Below are positions 1 through 9,773 of a stretch of 64,000 bases of DNA, piece after piece. Under the pieces are notes generated by a model that saw only the letters and a list, made by a program, of their open reading frames with translations, searched no databases and was not told the origin of the DNA. The DNA comes from Spirochaetia bacterium. Its GTDB lineage: Bacteria > Spirochaetota > Spirochaetia > SZUA-6 > Bin103. Within the stretch, counting starts at the first letter, position 1. The number at the start of each line of letters is the position of its first letter. Both the position numbers and the translations under genes were made by a program. The stretch covers positions 2,976,001 through 3,040,000 of the forward strand of contig OZ241863.1 in assembly GCA_965203055.1 (NCBI GenBank), given 5' to 3'.

Positions 1-141
1 GTGCTGATCGGGGTCCTGGGGGAGTACCTGGGACGCGTGTACGGGGAAGTGAAGCGGCGCCCGCTCTATCTGGTCAGGGAACGACTGGGATTTCCGGCTG
101 CCCGCGCCGCGCCGCGCCGCGCGCCGGAGGGCGGCGCGTAG
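1..141 (+). CDS. 3' end of a GT2 polyprenyl-phosphate glycosyltransferase (GtrB/ArnC-like), partial
   Basis: Frame 1 translates as [30 protein letters not shown]...GA with TAG at 139-141. GEY.GR.Y.EVK.RP.Y is the typical GtrB/YfdH C-terminus. Not in the ORF track. Confidence 0.85.
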   Translation: MLIGVLGEYLGRVYGEVKRRPLYLVRERLGFPAARAAPRRAPEGGA

Positions 142-190
142 TCTGCAGCTCCACGCCGGGAGGGCCGGCTTGGCATGTGGCCGCGCCGGG

Positions 191-1180
191 TCACGGCCGG
201 CGCGCGGCGTTGCCTGATACCCGGTCGAGGAGCTCGGCTCCGGTCTCGCACTCGATGATCCAGACGCCGGCCTGCGCCAAGCGGTCCGGGTCGGCGGTCC
301 GCTCCAGGAGCACTGCCAGCCGATGCGCGGTGACGTCGTCGAACTTTCGCGCCGCCTGCCGGCACAGCAGCGCGCGTTCCGCGGCCCGGCCTCCGTGCGC
401 CACGCCGCGCTCGAAGACCAGGCGCCGTTGCGACCGCAGCAGCGGATCGTGATCCGGCCCGGTTCCCTCCCGCTCGCCAAGCACCGTTCCCACCCGCTCC
501 AGCACCGCGCTGGTCTGCGCCGACAGCATCGGTTCGTTCAACGCCGCGTGGATCTCCTCCGCCGTCCATCCCGGAAACGCGCGGCTCTCCGGCGCCGTCC
601 GGTACGCGCCGTCTTCCAGCACGTGGATCGTCAGCCCCGGCCGCCGGCTCCGCGGGCGGCTCGGCGCGCTCTCGTCCGGCACCTCCACCCATACCTCCGG
701 GAAGCCCCACGACTCATACAGCGCCAGCTTGCCGCGCCGCACGTCGGTGGTGTGGTCCACTTCCAGCACCACGTCGGGATAGTCATCCACGCCGATCACC
801 ATCGCCGACGGCCCCGGCAGGCGGGCGCTGCCGGGATGCAGGTATACCGACTCGTCGGCCTGCATGATGCTGCGCGGCCCGTCGTGCTGCCGCAGGTCCA
901 TCGAGCCGTAGCTTTCGATGGGCGCGCCGCGCAGCTGCGCGATCCGCTCGGTGAGCCGGGTCAGGCGGCCGGAGGGCCGTTCGTGGTAGGGGCTGGCCGG
1001 TTCGCAGATCCAGGCGGTCTCGGTAGCGCCGTCCCAGTACTCCAACCGCTGGTCGCTGTGTTCGAGCTCGTCTGCCGGCAGGTGGACCGGCGTGCAGCCG
1101 GGGAACTCGGGCGCCGGCGGCGCGGCCTCGGTGTCGGAGCGCGGCCCGACGGCAGTCTTGGAAGTCTTGGTGATTGCCAT
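191..1180 (-). CDS. Uma2-family (restriction endonuclease-like) protein with a C-terminal helical tail resembling Rpn/DUF4351
   Basis: Motifs MQADESVYL and PDVVLEVD...KLALYESWGFPEVW. Start moved to ATG 1180 because a promoter sits just upstream. Confidence 0.8.
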   Translation of the reverse strand: MAITKTSKTAVGPRSDTEAAPPAPEFPGCTPVHLPADELEHSDQRLEYWDGATETAWICEPASPYHERPSGRLTRLTERIAQLRGAPIESYGSMDLRQHDGPRSIMQADESVYLHPGSARLPGPSAMVIGVDDYPDVVLEVDHTTDVRRGKLALYESWGFPEVWVEVPDESAPSRPRSRRPGLTIHVLEDGAYRTAPESRAFPGWTAEEIHAALNEPMLSAQTSAVLERVGTVLGEREGTGPDHDPLLRSQRRLVFERGVAHGGRAAERALLCRQAARKFDDVTAHRLAVLLERTADPDRLAQAGVWIIECETGAELLDRVSGNAARRP

Positions 1181-1186
1181 GGCGCC

Positions 1187-1215
1187 ACCGTACGCGGGCC
1201 GCTCCGGTCGCGCAA
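1187..1215 (-). promoter_or_regulatory. sigma70-type promoter, likely leaderless transcript for the Uma2 gene
   Basis: TTGCGC-17 nt-TACGGT-6 nt-ATG. Confidence 0.5.
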
Positions 1216-1324
1216 CCCGCGCCCCGCAGTCCGTCTCGGCGCCGCCCCGGCAGGAAGTACCACGACTGCCGCGCAGGCGCCGCCGGGCAGCACATCGTAC
1301 TCCGGAGTCGACCACGCCGGTGCT

Positions 1325-1352
1325 GGGGTGGGGCGTCAGGGGTGGGGCGTCA
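1325..1352. repeat. 14-bp direct duplication spanning the AAA gene stop
   Basis: ggggtggggcgtca x2. Confidence 0.85.
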
Positions 1353-2897
1353 GGCGCGGGCCACTTCGAAGGCGGCGATGGTGCGCGTCTCGCGGCTGAA
1401 CTCCACGCCAAGCAGGTGGATCGGTTCGCCCAGGCCGCGGTACTTGTCGGCGTAGCCGCGCGCCTGCAACTGCGCCAGCGCGGCGCCCTCCGGCGCCAGC
1501 TCCACCACCTTGAACTCGAACAGATTGACGTTGCCCCGGTACCGGACCGCCAGATCGACCCGCCCGCGGCTGCTCGAATCCTCCACCGTGACGTCCAGCC
1601 CCACCGCCGCGAACCAGGAGTAGCAGACGCTCGCGTAGTAGCCTTCGTAGCGCGCGATGTCGTTGCGCGTGTGCCACTCGTACGGGATGCCGGCGAAGAA
1701 CGCCCGGAACAGCCGCTCCAACCCGGCGAAGTCGTTCGCCGCCAACAGCCGCTCCAGTGCCGTGTCCTGTGTCAGCCGGCGCGCCGCGGCGGGCGCCAGC
1801 GCCCGCAGCAGGCGTTCGTTCAGAGCGAGCCGCACTTCGCGGTTGGGATAGCCGAGCCGGTAGCGCGGTCCGCGCGCCGAGTGCTCGACGCTGCGGATGG
1901 TGAGGTAGCCGGTCTGGAACAGCAGCGCCTCGGGCTCCATCTCGTCCACGTCGAACGCGGACAGCAGGTCGGCGCCGGCCAGCATCCCGTCCAGCTCCGG
2001 CGAGGTGACGCCGCGCTCGATCAGCGCGTCGATCAGAAACGACGGCGTACCGGTCTCGAACCAGTACGCCGCGAACGTCCGCTCGTCGAACAGCAGCAGG
2101 ATGTCGAACGGGTTGTAGACCCGCTCCTCGCCCAGCCAGTTATAGCCGTTGTACCAGTCGCGGATCTCGTCCCGGTCCAGACCCGGCAACTCCGCCGCGA
2201 ACACCGTGTCGAGGTCGGCCTCGGTATAGCCGCAGATCGCCGAGTAGCGTGGCGACAGCGTGATGTCCTTGAGGTTGTTGAGGCCGGAAAAGACGCTGAC
2301 CTTGGAGAACTTGCTCACGCCGGTCAGCAGCGTGAAGCGGATGTGAGCGTCGGCGAACTTCACGTTCGAGTAGAGGCTGCGCAGCAGGCGGCGGTTGGCG
2401 GCCGCGATCGCCGGCATCCCCAGTGCGTCCAGGATCGGCTTGTCGTACTCGTCGATCAGCACTGCCACCCGCCTGCCGGCGCTCCGGTGCAAGCCCTCGA
2501 GCAGGCGCCGGAAGCGGATCGGCGCGGAAGCGCTGCGCGCGCTCGCGCCGGCGGCCGTTTCGAGCGCCGTCAACTGATCGGCCAAGTCCTCTTGCAGACC
2601 GTCCGGCGCCGCGTAGTCGCCGCCGCCGAAGTCGAGGCGCACCACCGGGCGGCGTTTCGACCACTCCCAGTGGTCGTGCACGTGCAGGCCGCGGAACAGT
2701 TCCTCGCTGCCCTCGAACAGTTCCTTGATGGTGTCCAGCAGCAGGCTCTTGCCGAAGCGGCGCGGGCGCGACAGGAAGTAGTGCTTTCCCTTCCGCGTCA
2801 AGCGGAGGATGAAGGCGGTCTTGTCGACGTAGTAGCAGTCGTCCTCGCGGATCTCGCGGAAGGTCTGGATGCCGATCGGCAGCTTCCGGCGCGTCAT
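1350..2897 (-). CDS. AAA-ATPase-like / PD-(D/E)XK nuclease protein, copy 1
   Basis: KLPIGIQTF..YYVDKT, SRPRRFGKS (P-loop), LIDEYDKP, WYNGY, YNPF, WFETGTP and C-terminal GRVDL...FEFK. Confidence 0.9.
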   Translation of the reverse strand: MTRRKLPIGIQTFREIREDDCYYVDKTAFILRLTRKGKHYFLSRPRRFGKSLLLDTIKELFEGSEELFRGLHVHDHWEWSKRRPVVRLDFGGGDYAAPDGLQEDLADQLTALETAAGASARSASAPIRFRRLLEGLHRSAGRRVAVLIDEYDKPILDALGMPAIAAANRRLLRSLYSNVKFADAHIRFTLLTGVSKFSKVSVFSGLNNLKDITLSPRYSAICGYTEADLDTVFAAELPGLDRDEIRDWYNGYNWLGEERVYNPFDILLLFDERTFAAYWFETGTPSFLIDALIERGVTSPELDGMLAGADLLSAFDVDEMEPEALLFQTGYLTIRSVEHSARGPRYRLGYPNREVRLALNERLLRALAPAAARRLTQDTALERLLAANDFAGLERLFRAFFAGIPYEWHTRNDIARYEGYYASVCYSWFAAVGLDVTVEDSSSRGRVDLAVRYRGNVNLFEFKVVELAPEGAALAQLQARGYADKYRGLGEPIHLLGVEFSRETRTIAAFEVARA

Positions 2898-2979
2898 GGC
2901 GCGTCTCGATGCGGCGCGGTCACGGTCCGGCCATGATAGCCGGAACGGTACGCGGCCATCATCCGCTCATCCGCCGGCC
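2898..2979. repeat. Conserved intergenic linker L, copy 1, with inverted repeat
   Basis: ATGATAGCCG (2933-2942) ... CGGCCATCAT (2953-2962), followed by ccgctcatccgcc. Confidence 0.8.
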
Positions 2980-5115
2980 TTACGGCTCTCCCGCGCTGCG
3001 GCGGGGCGCTGCAATCTCCGCGCTCCAGAGTTGTCCTTCGCCCCTGATGAACTGCCCGGTACGGATGCGCGTGAACTGGTAGTCGGGCAGGACCACGACC
3101 GCCGCGCAGGCGCCGCCGCGGCGCGCGCCGCCCTCCCAGAGATAGAAGTCCAGGTTGTCGAACCCCTGCTCCCGCTGGAAGGCGGGCAGGTCGGCGGCGT
3201 CCGCCGGGAAGAGGTGCAGGAAGAACCGCTCCGCATCCAGGTCGTCCACCGTGCAGGCATCCTTGACGTAGGTCAGGGTGTCGCCGTCGAGATACAGGTC
3301 GAAGTCCGATTCCGCGACCGGTTCCCGCGACCGTGCGGAGCGGTACGCTTCCCGGAAGTCCGCAACGGTCGCGGCGTCGAGCTGCGCCGGGTCGAGGGCC
3401 GCCACCGTGAGGATGGTGTTGTGGTAGATGCGGCGCGCATGGACCACGGACGAGAACGGGAAGCTGCGGCGATGGTTGGCGCGCGCATGATTGGCGATGA
3501 CGTAGTGCCGCTCCGACGCGTCATCCACGCGGTTGGTGAAGACGATTCGGCGCCGCTCGGCCGCGGGAAGCAGCCGCGCGGTGCGGGTGGCCAGGGTCAC
3601 CGGCAGGCGCGCGGCCTGCCGTTCGGCGCCGGCGGGATTGCCGCTCCCGCGGTTTGCCAGGACGACGTGGACGGTGCCCTGCGGATGGCGCCGGAGCAGA
3701 TATTCCAGCCCTTCGCGGTACGCCGGTCCGTAGTAGTCGAGGTCGTACCGGGTGCGCAGGTATTCCGGGGTACGGCGGTCGACCAGGAAGTTGAAGTACC
3801 GCATCTGATACGGGTGGATCAGCGCCATCTCGACCGCCGCCGCGGCCACGCCCGCCGCGGCCAGCGCGTAGATGGCGCGCCGCAGCCACCGCCGCCGGCC
3901 CGCCGCGGCCAGCAGCCGGCGCAGGCCGTAGACCGCCAGCAGGCAGAGCGGCGCGGCCAGGAAGTACATGTGCCGCCAGCCGTGGTTGAGGGTGGAGTTC
4001 ACTACGATGACGGCCGCGATCGACAGCGCCGGACAGGCGACCAGCAGCACCCCGAAGCGCGTGACGGGGGTGTTGCGAAGGACCTCGCGCGGGCGCGTCA
4101 GACCGCGTCCGAGCACGGCGCCGATCCCGGCCAGGCTCAGCAGCAGCGCCGCCGGCGGGGTGGTGATCGCCATCCAGGTCGGCAGGTAGTGCGGCGGAAT
4201 CTCCGGCCAGCGCACCAGCTCGCCCTGAAACAGCGTCGCGCCGCGCACCGGATGTTGCGCCAGCGTGACGACGGCGTCGATCAGCTCCGGCGGGTTGCGC
4301 CAGAGATGGGGCGAGACCGCGTACAGGCTCGCCGCCGCAGCCAGCAGGAACGCCCCGGCGGTCGCCAGCACCCGCCGCCGCTCCGCCGGCCCGCTTGCCT
4401 GGATCAGGTCGAGCGCCCGCAGCGCCGGCACCGCGGCGCACAGCAAGAGGCCCATGACGCGCAGGTTGACCAGCACGCCCACGCCCAGCCCGCAGAGCGC
4501 GAACGCGCCGGCGGTGTCGCGGCGGAAGGCGCGCTGCGTCAGGTAGAGCGCGATCATGAACATCGCCAGGAAGGGGATGTCCTTGGTGTTGAAGAAGGAG
4601 TGGGCGTACAGGCGGGGCTGCAGCAGGAACAGCAGCAGGGCGAACAGCGCCAAGCGGCGGTCGCGGAACAGGCGATAGGTCAGCAGCCAACAGAAGAAGC
4701 CGCCGGTGAGGAAGAACAGGTGGGTCAGCAGGTGGCGGCTGAGGTAGACGGCGCGGCTGTCGGTGAGGCCGAGCAGCCGTTCGACCAGGATCAGCGGCGC
4801 TTCGAACGCGACTCCGTAGTACCGGTTGTGGTCGGCCGGCAGGGCGCCGGCGTCGCCCAGCGCGTAGGCGATCGCCGCCAAGCCGATGTTGCGTTGCCAA
4901 ACCTCGTCCCATCCTAAGCCGTAGTCGTCGAGGACGGCGGCGCCCACTGCCGCGAACGCGATGAGCGCAATGATCGCGTCCCGCCCGGGCAGCCGCCGAG
5001 GCGTATCCTGCGGCGGTTGCGGCGGTCGGCGGTTCAGTGCGATGGCAGGCCCCCTGCTTCGACCACGCCGGCGCTGTGGCGGGGCGTCAGGCGCGGGCCA
5101 CCTCGAAGGTGGCAA
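2980..5115 (-). CDS. GT-C fold (PMT/ArnT-like, GT39/GT83-type) membrane glycosyltransferase GT1 with one C-terminal module; true start uncertain
   Basis: DDYGLGWDE after the first TM helix, many TM helices, HSFFNTKDIPF and GWRHMYF motifs. The TTG at 5115 lies inside an AAA remnant; an in-frame ATC at 5043 follows a GGGGG run. Confidence 0.75.
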   Translation of the reverse strand: MPPSRWPAPDAPPQRRRGRSRGPAIALNRRPPQPPQDTPRRLPGRDAIIALIAFAAVGAAVLDDYGLGWDEVWQRNIGLAAIAYALGDAGALPADHNRYYGVAFEAPLILVERLLGLTDSRAVYLSRHLLTHLFFLTGGFFCWLLTYRLFRDRRLALFALLLFLLQPRLYAHSFFNTKDIPFLAMFMIALYLTQRAFRRDTAGAFALCGLGVGVLVNLRVMGLLLCAAVPALRALDLIQASGPAERRRVLATAGAFLLAAAASLYAVSPHLWRNPPELIDAVVTLAQHPVRGATLFQGELVRWPEIPPHYLPTWMAITTPPAALLLSLAGIGAVLGRGLTRPREVLRNTPVTRFGVLLVACPALSIAAVIVVNSTLNHGWRHMYFLAAPLCLLAVYGLRRLLAAAGRRRWLRRAIYALAAAGVAAAAVEMALIHPYQMRYFNFLVDRRTPEYLRTRYDLDYYGPAYREGLEYLLRRHPQGTVHVVLANRGSGNPAGAERQAARLPVTLATRTARLLPAAERRRIVFTNRVDDASERHYVIANHARANHRRSFPFSSVVHARRIYHNTILTVAALDPAQLDAATVADFREAYRSARSREPVAESDFDLYLDGDTLTYVKDACTVDDLDAERFFLHLFPADAADLPAFQREQGFDNLDFYLWEGGARRGGACAAVVVLPDYQFTRIRTGQFIRGEGQLWSAEIAAPRRSAGEP
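5011..5035. repeat. Degenerate remnant (3 units) of the GGCGGTTC octamer at the GT1 5' end
   Basis: cggcggttg cggcggt cggcggttc. Confidence 0.55.
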
Positions 5116-5258
5116 GGGCGCGTCTCGCGGCTGAGCGCCCGCAGCAGTTCGTTCAGAGCGAGCCGCACCTCGCGGTTGGGATAGCCGAGCCGGTAGAGCG
5201 CCTCGCCGTCGTCATCTTCGACGATGATGCGGTCGTCGCTCGCCACCGCGTGCTTCAT
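5087..5258 (-). pseudogene. Collapsed AAA-nuclease remnant (unrelated N-terminus + internal piece + C-terminal piece)
   Basis: MKHAVASDDRIIV joined to EDDDGEALYRLGYPNREVRLALNE-LLRAL, joined to SRETR...FEVARA-stop DNA. TACACT lies 6 nt upstream of the ATG. Confidence 0.8.
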
Positions 5259-5304
5259 GCCTGCAGTGTATCCTGCCCGATGGCGACAAGGAAGCAGGCT
5301 TCCG

Positions 5305-7677
5305 TCACTCGCTGCCGGCTGACCGCCCGTTCGGCTGCGCCGCGGCCGGCGCCGCAATCTCCGCACTCCAGAGTTCGCCCTCCCCGCTGATGAACTGGCC
5401 GGTGCGGAGGCCGGCGATCGCGTAGTCCGGCAACGGCGCCAGGATCACGCATGCTTCGCCGAGCAGCGCTCCGTATTCCCGGTAGTCGAAGCCGACGTTC
5501 TCGAAGCCGTGCGGCCGGTGTTGCGGGGACAGGTCCCGCGCGTCCGCCGGGATCACGTGCAGGAAGAACCGTTCCCGCACGTCCTCCTCGGTGCACGGCT
5601 CCTTGTGGTACGCCAGCACCCTTCCGGCGTGATAGAGGTCGAAGACCCCGCGGGCCGGTGCTCCCCAGGCGCCGGAGCGGATCGCGGCGCGCGCCTCCCA
5701 ATAGCGCTGCGCGGTCGGTCCGGCCGGGAACTCCACGCTCCAGAGCTGCCGCCCGCCCACCCGAACGAACTGCCCGGTGCGGATGCGCGTGAACTCGTAG
5801 TCGGGCAGTACCACGACCGCCATGCAGGCGCCGTCGAGCCGCGCGCCGCCCTCGTAGAAGTAGAAATCCAGGTTGTCGAACCCCTGCTGAGACGCGGGAA
5901 GGTCGGCGGCGTTCGCCGGGAAGACGTGCAGGAAGAACTTCTCCTGCACGTCTTCCGGCGCGCATCGGTTCTTGACGTAGGTGAGCGTCGCGCCGTCGAG
6001 ATACAGGTCGAAGTGCGAGCTGGCGGTCGGCTCCCGCGACCGTGTGGAGCGGTACGCTGACCGGAATGCGGCTGCGGTATCGTCTCCCGGCGACGGGTCG
6101 AGTCTGGCAACCGTGAGGATGACGTTGTGGTAGATGCGGCGCGCGTATACCACGGACGAAAACGGGAATCTGCGGCGCTGATCGGCGAGCGTAGCGCTGG
6201 TGATGACGTAGTAATGGCTCGCTACGTCGGGCACGCGGTCGGCGATGACGATTCTGCGCCGCTCGGCCGCGGGGAGCAGTCCCAGATTTCTGATCAAGGT
6301 CGGCTGAGGTGGGACGACGTGGACGGTTGCCGTCGGGTGGTGCCGGAGCAGATACTCCAGCCCATCCCGTTGCGCCGTTCCATAGTGGTTCATCTCGTAG
6401 CGGGTGCGCAGGTATTCGGGGGTACGGCGGTCCACCAGGAAGTTGAAGTATACGTGCTGATAGGGATGCAGGCGCGCGAGGTCGACCGCCATGCCGGCCA
6501 GCGCCGCCGCCGCCAGCGCGTAGACGCCGCGCCGCAGCCACGGCCGGCGCGCGGCTGCCAGCAGCCAGCGCATGCCGTAGACCGCCAGCAGGCACAGCGG
6601 CGCGGCCAGGAAGTACATGTGCCGCCAGCCGTGGTAGAGGTTGGAGTTGACCACGATGACGGCCGCGATCGACAGCGCCGGACAGGCAACCAGCAGCACC
6701 CCGAAGCGCGTGACGGGGGTGTTGCGGAGCGCGGAGCGCGGGCGGATCATGCCGCGCCCGAGCACGGCGCCGAACCCGGCCAGGCTCAGCAGCAGCGCCG
6801 CCGGCGGCGTGGTGATCGCCATCCAGGTGGGCAGGTAGTGCGGCGGAATCTCCGGCCAGCGCACCAACTCGCCCTGAAACAACATCCAAGCGCGGATGGG
6901 ATGGTGCGCCAGCGTGACGACGGCGTCGATCAGCTCGAACGGGTTGCGCCAGAGATGGGGCGAGACCGCGTACAGGGCCGCCGCCGCGGCCAGCAGGAAC
7001 GCGCCGGCGGTCGCCAGCGCGCGCCGCCGCTCCGCCGGCCCGCCGGCCCGCAGCAGATCAAGCGCTCGCAGCGCCGGCACCGCCGCGCACAGCAGCAGGC
7101 CCATGACCCGCAGGTTGACCAGCACGCCCACGCTCAGCCCGCAGAGCGCGAACGCGCCGGCGGTGTCGCGGCGGAAGGCGCGCTGCGTCAGGTAGAGCGC
7201 GATCATGAACATCGCCAGGAAGGGGATGTCCTTGGTGTTGAAGAAGGAGTGCGCGTACAGGCGGGGCTGCAGCAGGAACAGCAGCAGGGCGAACAGCGCC
7301 AAGCGGCGGTCGCGGAACAGGCGGAAGGCGAGCAGCCAGCAGAAGAAGCCGCCGGTGAGGAAGAACAGGTGAGTCAGCAGGCGGCGGCTGAGGTAGACGG
7401 CGCGGCTGTCGGTGAGGCCGAGCAGCCGCTCGACCAGGATCAGCGGCGCTTCGAATGCGGCTCCGTAGTACCGGTCATGGCCTGCCGGCAGGGCGCCGGT
7501 TGCGCCCTGCGCGTAGGCGATCGCCGCTTGGCCCAGGCGGCGCTGATAGGGCGTATCCGACGCCACGCCGTAGTCGTCGAGGACGGCGGCGCCCACCGCT
7601 GCGAACGCGATGATCGCGATGAGCGCGTCACGCCACGGCAAGCCGGCGGTTCGGCGGTTCGACAACAGGATTGCCAC
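5305..7677 (-). CDS. GT-C membrane glycosyltransferase GT2 with two C-terminal modules
   Basis: Close paralogue of GT1 with DDYGVASDT. The N-terminus MAILLSNRRTAGLPWRDAL carries 2 in-frame octamer units (7645-7660). Confidence 0.8.
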   Translation of the reverse strand: MAILLSNRRTAGLPWRDALIAIIAFAAVGAAVLDDYGVASDTPYQRRLGQAAIAYAQGATGALPAGHDRYYGAAFEAPLILVERLLGLTDSRAVYLSRRLLTHLFFLTGGFFCWLLAFRLFRDRRLALFALLLFLLQPRLYAHSFFNTKDIPFLAMFMIALYLTQRAFRRDTAGAFALCGLSVGVLVNLRVMGLLLCAAVPALRALDLLRAGGPAERRRALATAGAFLLAAAAALYAVSPHLWRNPFELIDAVVTLAHHPIRAWMLFQGELVRWPEIPPHYLPTWMAITTPPAALLLSLAGFGAVLGRGMIRPRSALRNTPVTRFGVLLVACPALSIAAVIVVNSNLYHGWRHMYFLAAPLCLLAVYGMRWLLAAARRPWLRRGVYALAAAALAGMAVDLARLHPYQHVYFNFLVDRRTPEYLRTRYEMNHYGTAQRDGLEYLLRHHPTATVHVVPPQPTLIRNLGLLPAAERRRIVIADRVPDVASHYYVITSATLADQRRRFPFSSVVYARRIYHNVILTVARLDPSPGDDTAAAFRSAYRSTRSREPTASSHFDLYLDGATLTYVKNRCAPEDVQEKFFLHVFPANAADLPASQQGFDNLDFYFYEGGARLDGACMAVVVLPDYEFTRIRTGQFVRVGGRQLWSVEFPAGPTAQRYWEARAAIRSGAWGAPARGVFDLYHAGRVLAYHKEPCTEEDVRERFFLHVIPADARDLSPQHRPHGFENVGFDYREYGALLGEACVILAPLPDYAIAGLRTGQFISGEGELWSAEIAAPAAAQPNGRSAGSE

Positions 7678-7749
7678 TACCGATTCACCGCCAAGCCGAG
7701 GATCAAGCTCATGCGGAGCGCCGTCGAGAGATGCCGCATTGCCACGCGG

Positions 7750-7794
7750 CCATAGCCTGAACGCCGAGCGGTTATCATCCGCTCATTCGCGGCC
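7750..7794. repeat. Partial linker L
   Basis: catagcctgaacgccgagcggttatcatccgctcattcgc. Confidence 0.7.
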
Positions 7795-9693
7795 TCACGG
7801 TTTCCGCGCCGCGGCCGGCGCCTCGATCTCCGCCGCCCAGAGCTGGCCCTGCCCGCTGATGAACTGGCCGGTGCGGAGGCGGACGATCTCATACTCCGGG
7901 AGTGTCGCGGCTACCAGGCAGGCGCCGTCCCAGAGCACGCCGCGCGTCCAGAAATCGAAGTCGAGGTTGTCGAACCCCTGCTCCCGGCTGTCGGCGGCCA
8001 GATCGTCTTCGCCGGCCGGAAAGACGTGCAGGAAGAAGCGCTCCCGGACATCCGCCCGAACGCAGGGCTCCTTCGCGTACACCAGCCGGTCCCCGGCCAG
8101 ATACAGGTCGAACACCCCGCCGGCGGCGCGCTGCCGGCCGTCCAGGGCCGCCGCCAGCTCCTCGAACCGCGCCCGCTCCTTGGCCAGGTAGTACTCCTTC
8201 TCGAACGTTGCGGCGCGCGCGTATGCGGGCGCCGCCGCCGGCGGCCGCAGCATGGTCTCGCCCATGATCGACTCGATGCCGCCGTAGGCCCGGTACCGCC
8301 GCGAGGAGTGCGGCCGCGGCACGTACCGTTGCCGGGCAACGACCCGGAACACTTCGTTGCCGGCCGCGTCCACCTCGACCACGGTCATCGGCGGGTCGCT
8401 CAATCTCGCGACGAAGTTGATCAGCGTATTGCCGTTGCTCAGCCGGTAGGCGCTGCTCCCGCTCGCCGAGTAGATATCCGGCGTCGGCCGGTACTCCCAC
8501 ACCTTCATCGCGGTGCCGGCCGCCTCGTCCAGCCGCAGCTCCAGCGCGCGCGAGTAGGCGCCGCCCTCGGCGTCGGGACGGCCCCGGCCGTTGTCGAACA
8601 GCAGTACGTTGCCGTCGTCGAGCTGCGCCGCGGTGTGCTGCCCGTAGAACCGGTCGTTCGGGTTCGGGAACTCGTAATCGCTGTCCGGTCCGTTCAGTTG
8701 CCATTCGATAGTCCACGAGTCCACGCTGAGCGAGACCACCTGATTGCGCGCGCGCGATGACAGGACGACGTTGCCGCGCGGGCCGATGCTCACCGAGTTG
8801 AGGTGCGTCCAACTGAAGTTGCTGCCGGTGCGGGTCCTCGCCCCGCGCTGGGCCGGGTCCAGCAGGTCCCAGGCGTCCGTCGAGTCCCAAACCTGCTCGA
8901 AGTGTCCGCTTCCCCGGTCCCAGACGCGCAGCTGGTCGGCGAACCCGGACGCATCCTGCGCCGGCCCGCCGTTCGCCGAGTCGTCGAAGACGAAGCGTGC
9001 CCGGCTCAGGTAGATCACGCGTTCGGCGTCGAGCACGGCGACGTCGTGGTGGGGATTCCCCGCGGCGCCACCCCGCGCGAACCGGTTGACCACTGCTCCC
9101 AGTGGGGTGATCTCGACCAGACTGCCTCCGCGCGCGAAGAGCAAGCTGCCGGCGGGCAACTGCGCGATGGGGCCGACGAGCCCTTCATGGTAATGGTACC
9201 AGACAATTCCGCCCACTTCGTCCTGGAAGACGTAGTACGCGCGCGGTTGATCGGACAGGATGAGCGGCTGCGAGCTCCTGCCGCGCACCTGCATCGGGAT
9301 GGCGGCGAGGGCCAGCGGCAGCGGTCCGGTGGTGAACCGGCCGCGCGGCCCGGCGGTCGCATGCGCGCCGTCGACCGCGGCCTCGTCCGTTACGGAGCCG
9401 TCCACCACGAAGATGGTGTAGTCGTAGGTCGTCTCCGGGCGCAGCCGGACGAGCGGGATGGCGTGCGCCGCGCCCGGCTCGCTCAGCGGCGTGCGGTAGC
9501 GGCCGGCCTGCGGGTTGTCGTACTCGACGAACACCCGCGCCGCGCGCGCCAGCGTCACCCGCACCTCGACGATCAGCGCGTTGCGCTCGCTGACCGACGC
9601 GCCGTGGCGCAGGACGGCGGCCGCGTCCGCGGACGCCAGGGCCGCGCCGACCACGATCAACGCAGCCGCTAGCGGCAGCTTCCTGCGCGTCAT
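7795..9693 (-). CDS. Arylsulfotransferase (ASST)-like secreted protein 1 with C-terminal module; chimeric N-terminus
   Basis: PHHD, WTHLNSV, SSR..NQV, FYGQHTA, LLFDNG and GSSAYRLSNGNTLI motifs. Starts MTRRKLP (the AAA start) then LAAALIVVGAALASA. The ORF-track extension to 10284 overlaps GT3. Confidence 0.8.
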   Translation of the reverse strand: MTRRKLPLAAALIVVGAALASADAAAVLRHGASVSERNALIVEVRVTLARAARVFVEYDNPQAGRYRTPLSEPGAAHAIPLVRLRPETTYDYTIFVVDGSVTDEAAVDGAHATAGPRGRFTTGPLPLALAAIPMQVRGRSSQPLILSDQPRAYYVFQDEVGGIVWYHYHEGLVGPIAQLPAGSLLFARGGSLVEITPLGAVVNRFARGGAAGNPHHDVAVLDAERVIYLSRARFVFDDSANGGPAQDASGFADQLRVWDRGSGHFEQVWDSTDAWDLLDPAQRGARTRTGSNFSWTHLNSVSIGPRGNVVLSSRARNQVVSLSVDSWTIEWQLNGPDSDYEFPNPNDRFYGQHTAAQLDDGNVLLFDNGRGRPDAEGGAYSRALELRLDEAAGTAMKVWEYRPTPDIYSASGSSAYRLSNGNTLINFVARLSDPPMTVVEVDAAGNEVFRVVARQRYVPRPHSSRRYRAYGGIESIMGETMLRPPAAAPAYARAATFEKEYYLAKERARFEELAAALDGRQRAAGGVFDLYLAGDRLVYAKEPCVRADVRERFFLHVFPAGEDDLAADSREQGFDNLDFDFWTRGVLWDGACLVAATLPEYEIVRLRTGQFISGQGQLWAAEIEAPAAARKP

Positions 9694-9773
9694 GGGCGCG
9701 TCTCGGTGCGGCGCGGTCACGGTGCGGCCATGATAGCCGAACGGCGCGGCTATCATCCGCTCATCCGCCGGCT
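9694..9773. repeat. Linker L with perfect 10-bp inverted repeat
   Basis: ATGATAGCCG (9730-9739)-7 nt-CGGCTATCAT (9747-9756). Confidence 0.85.
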
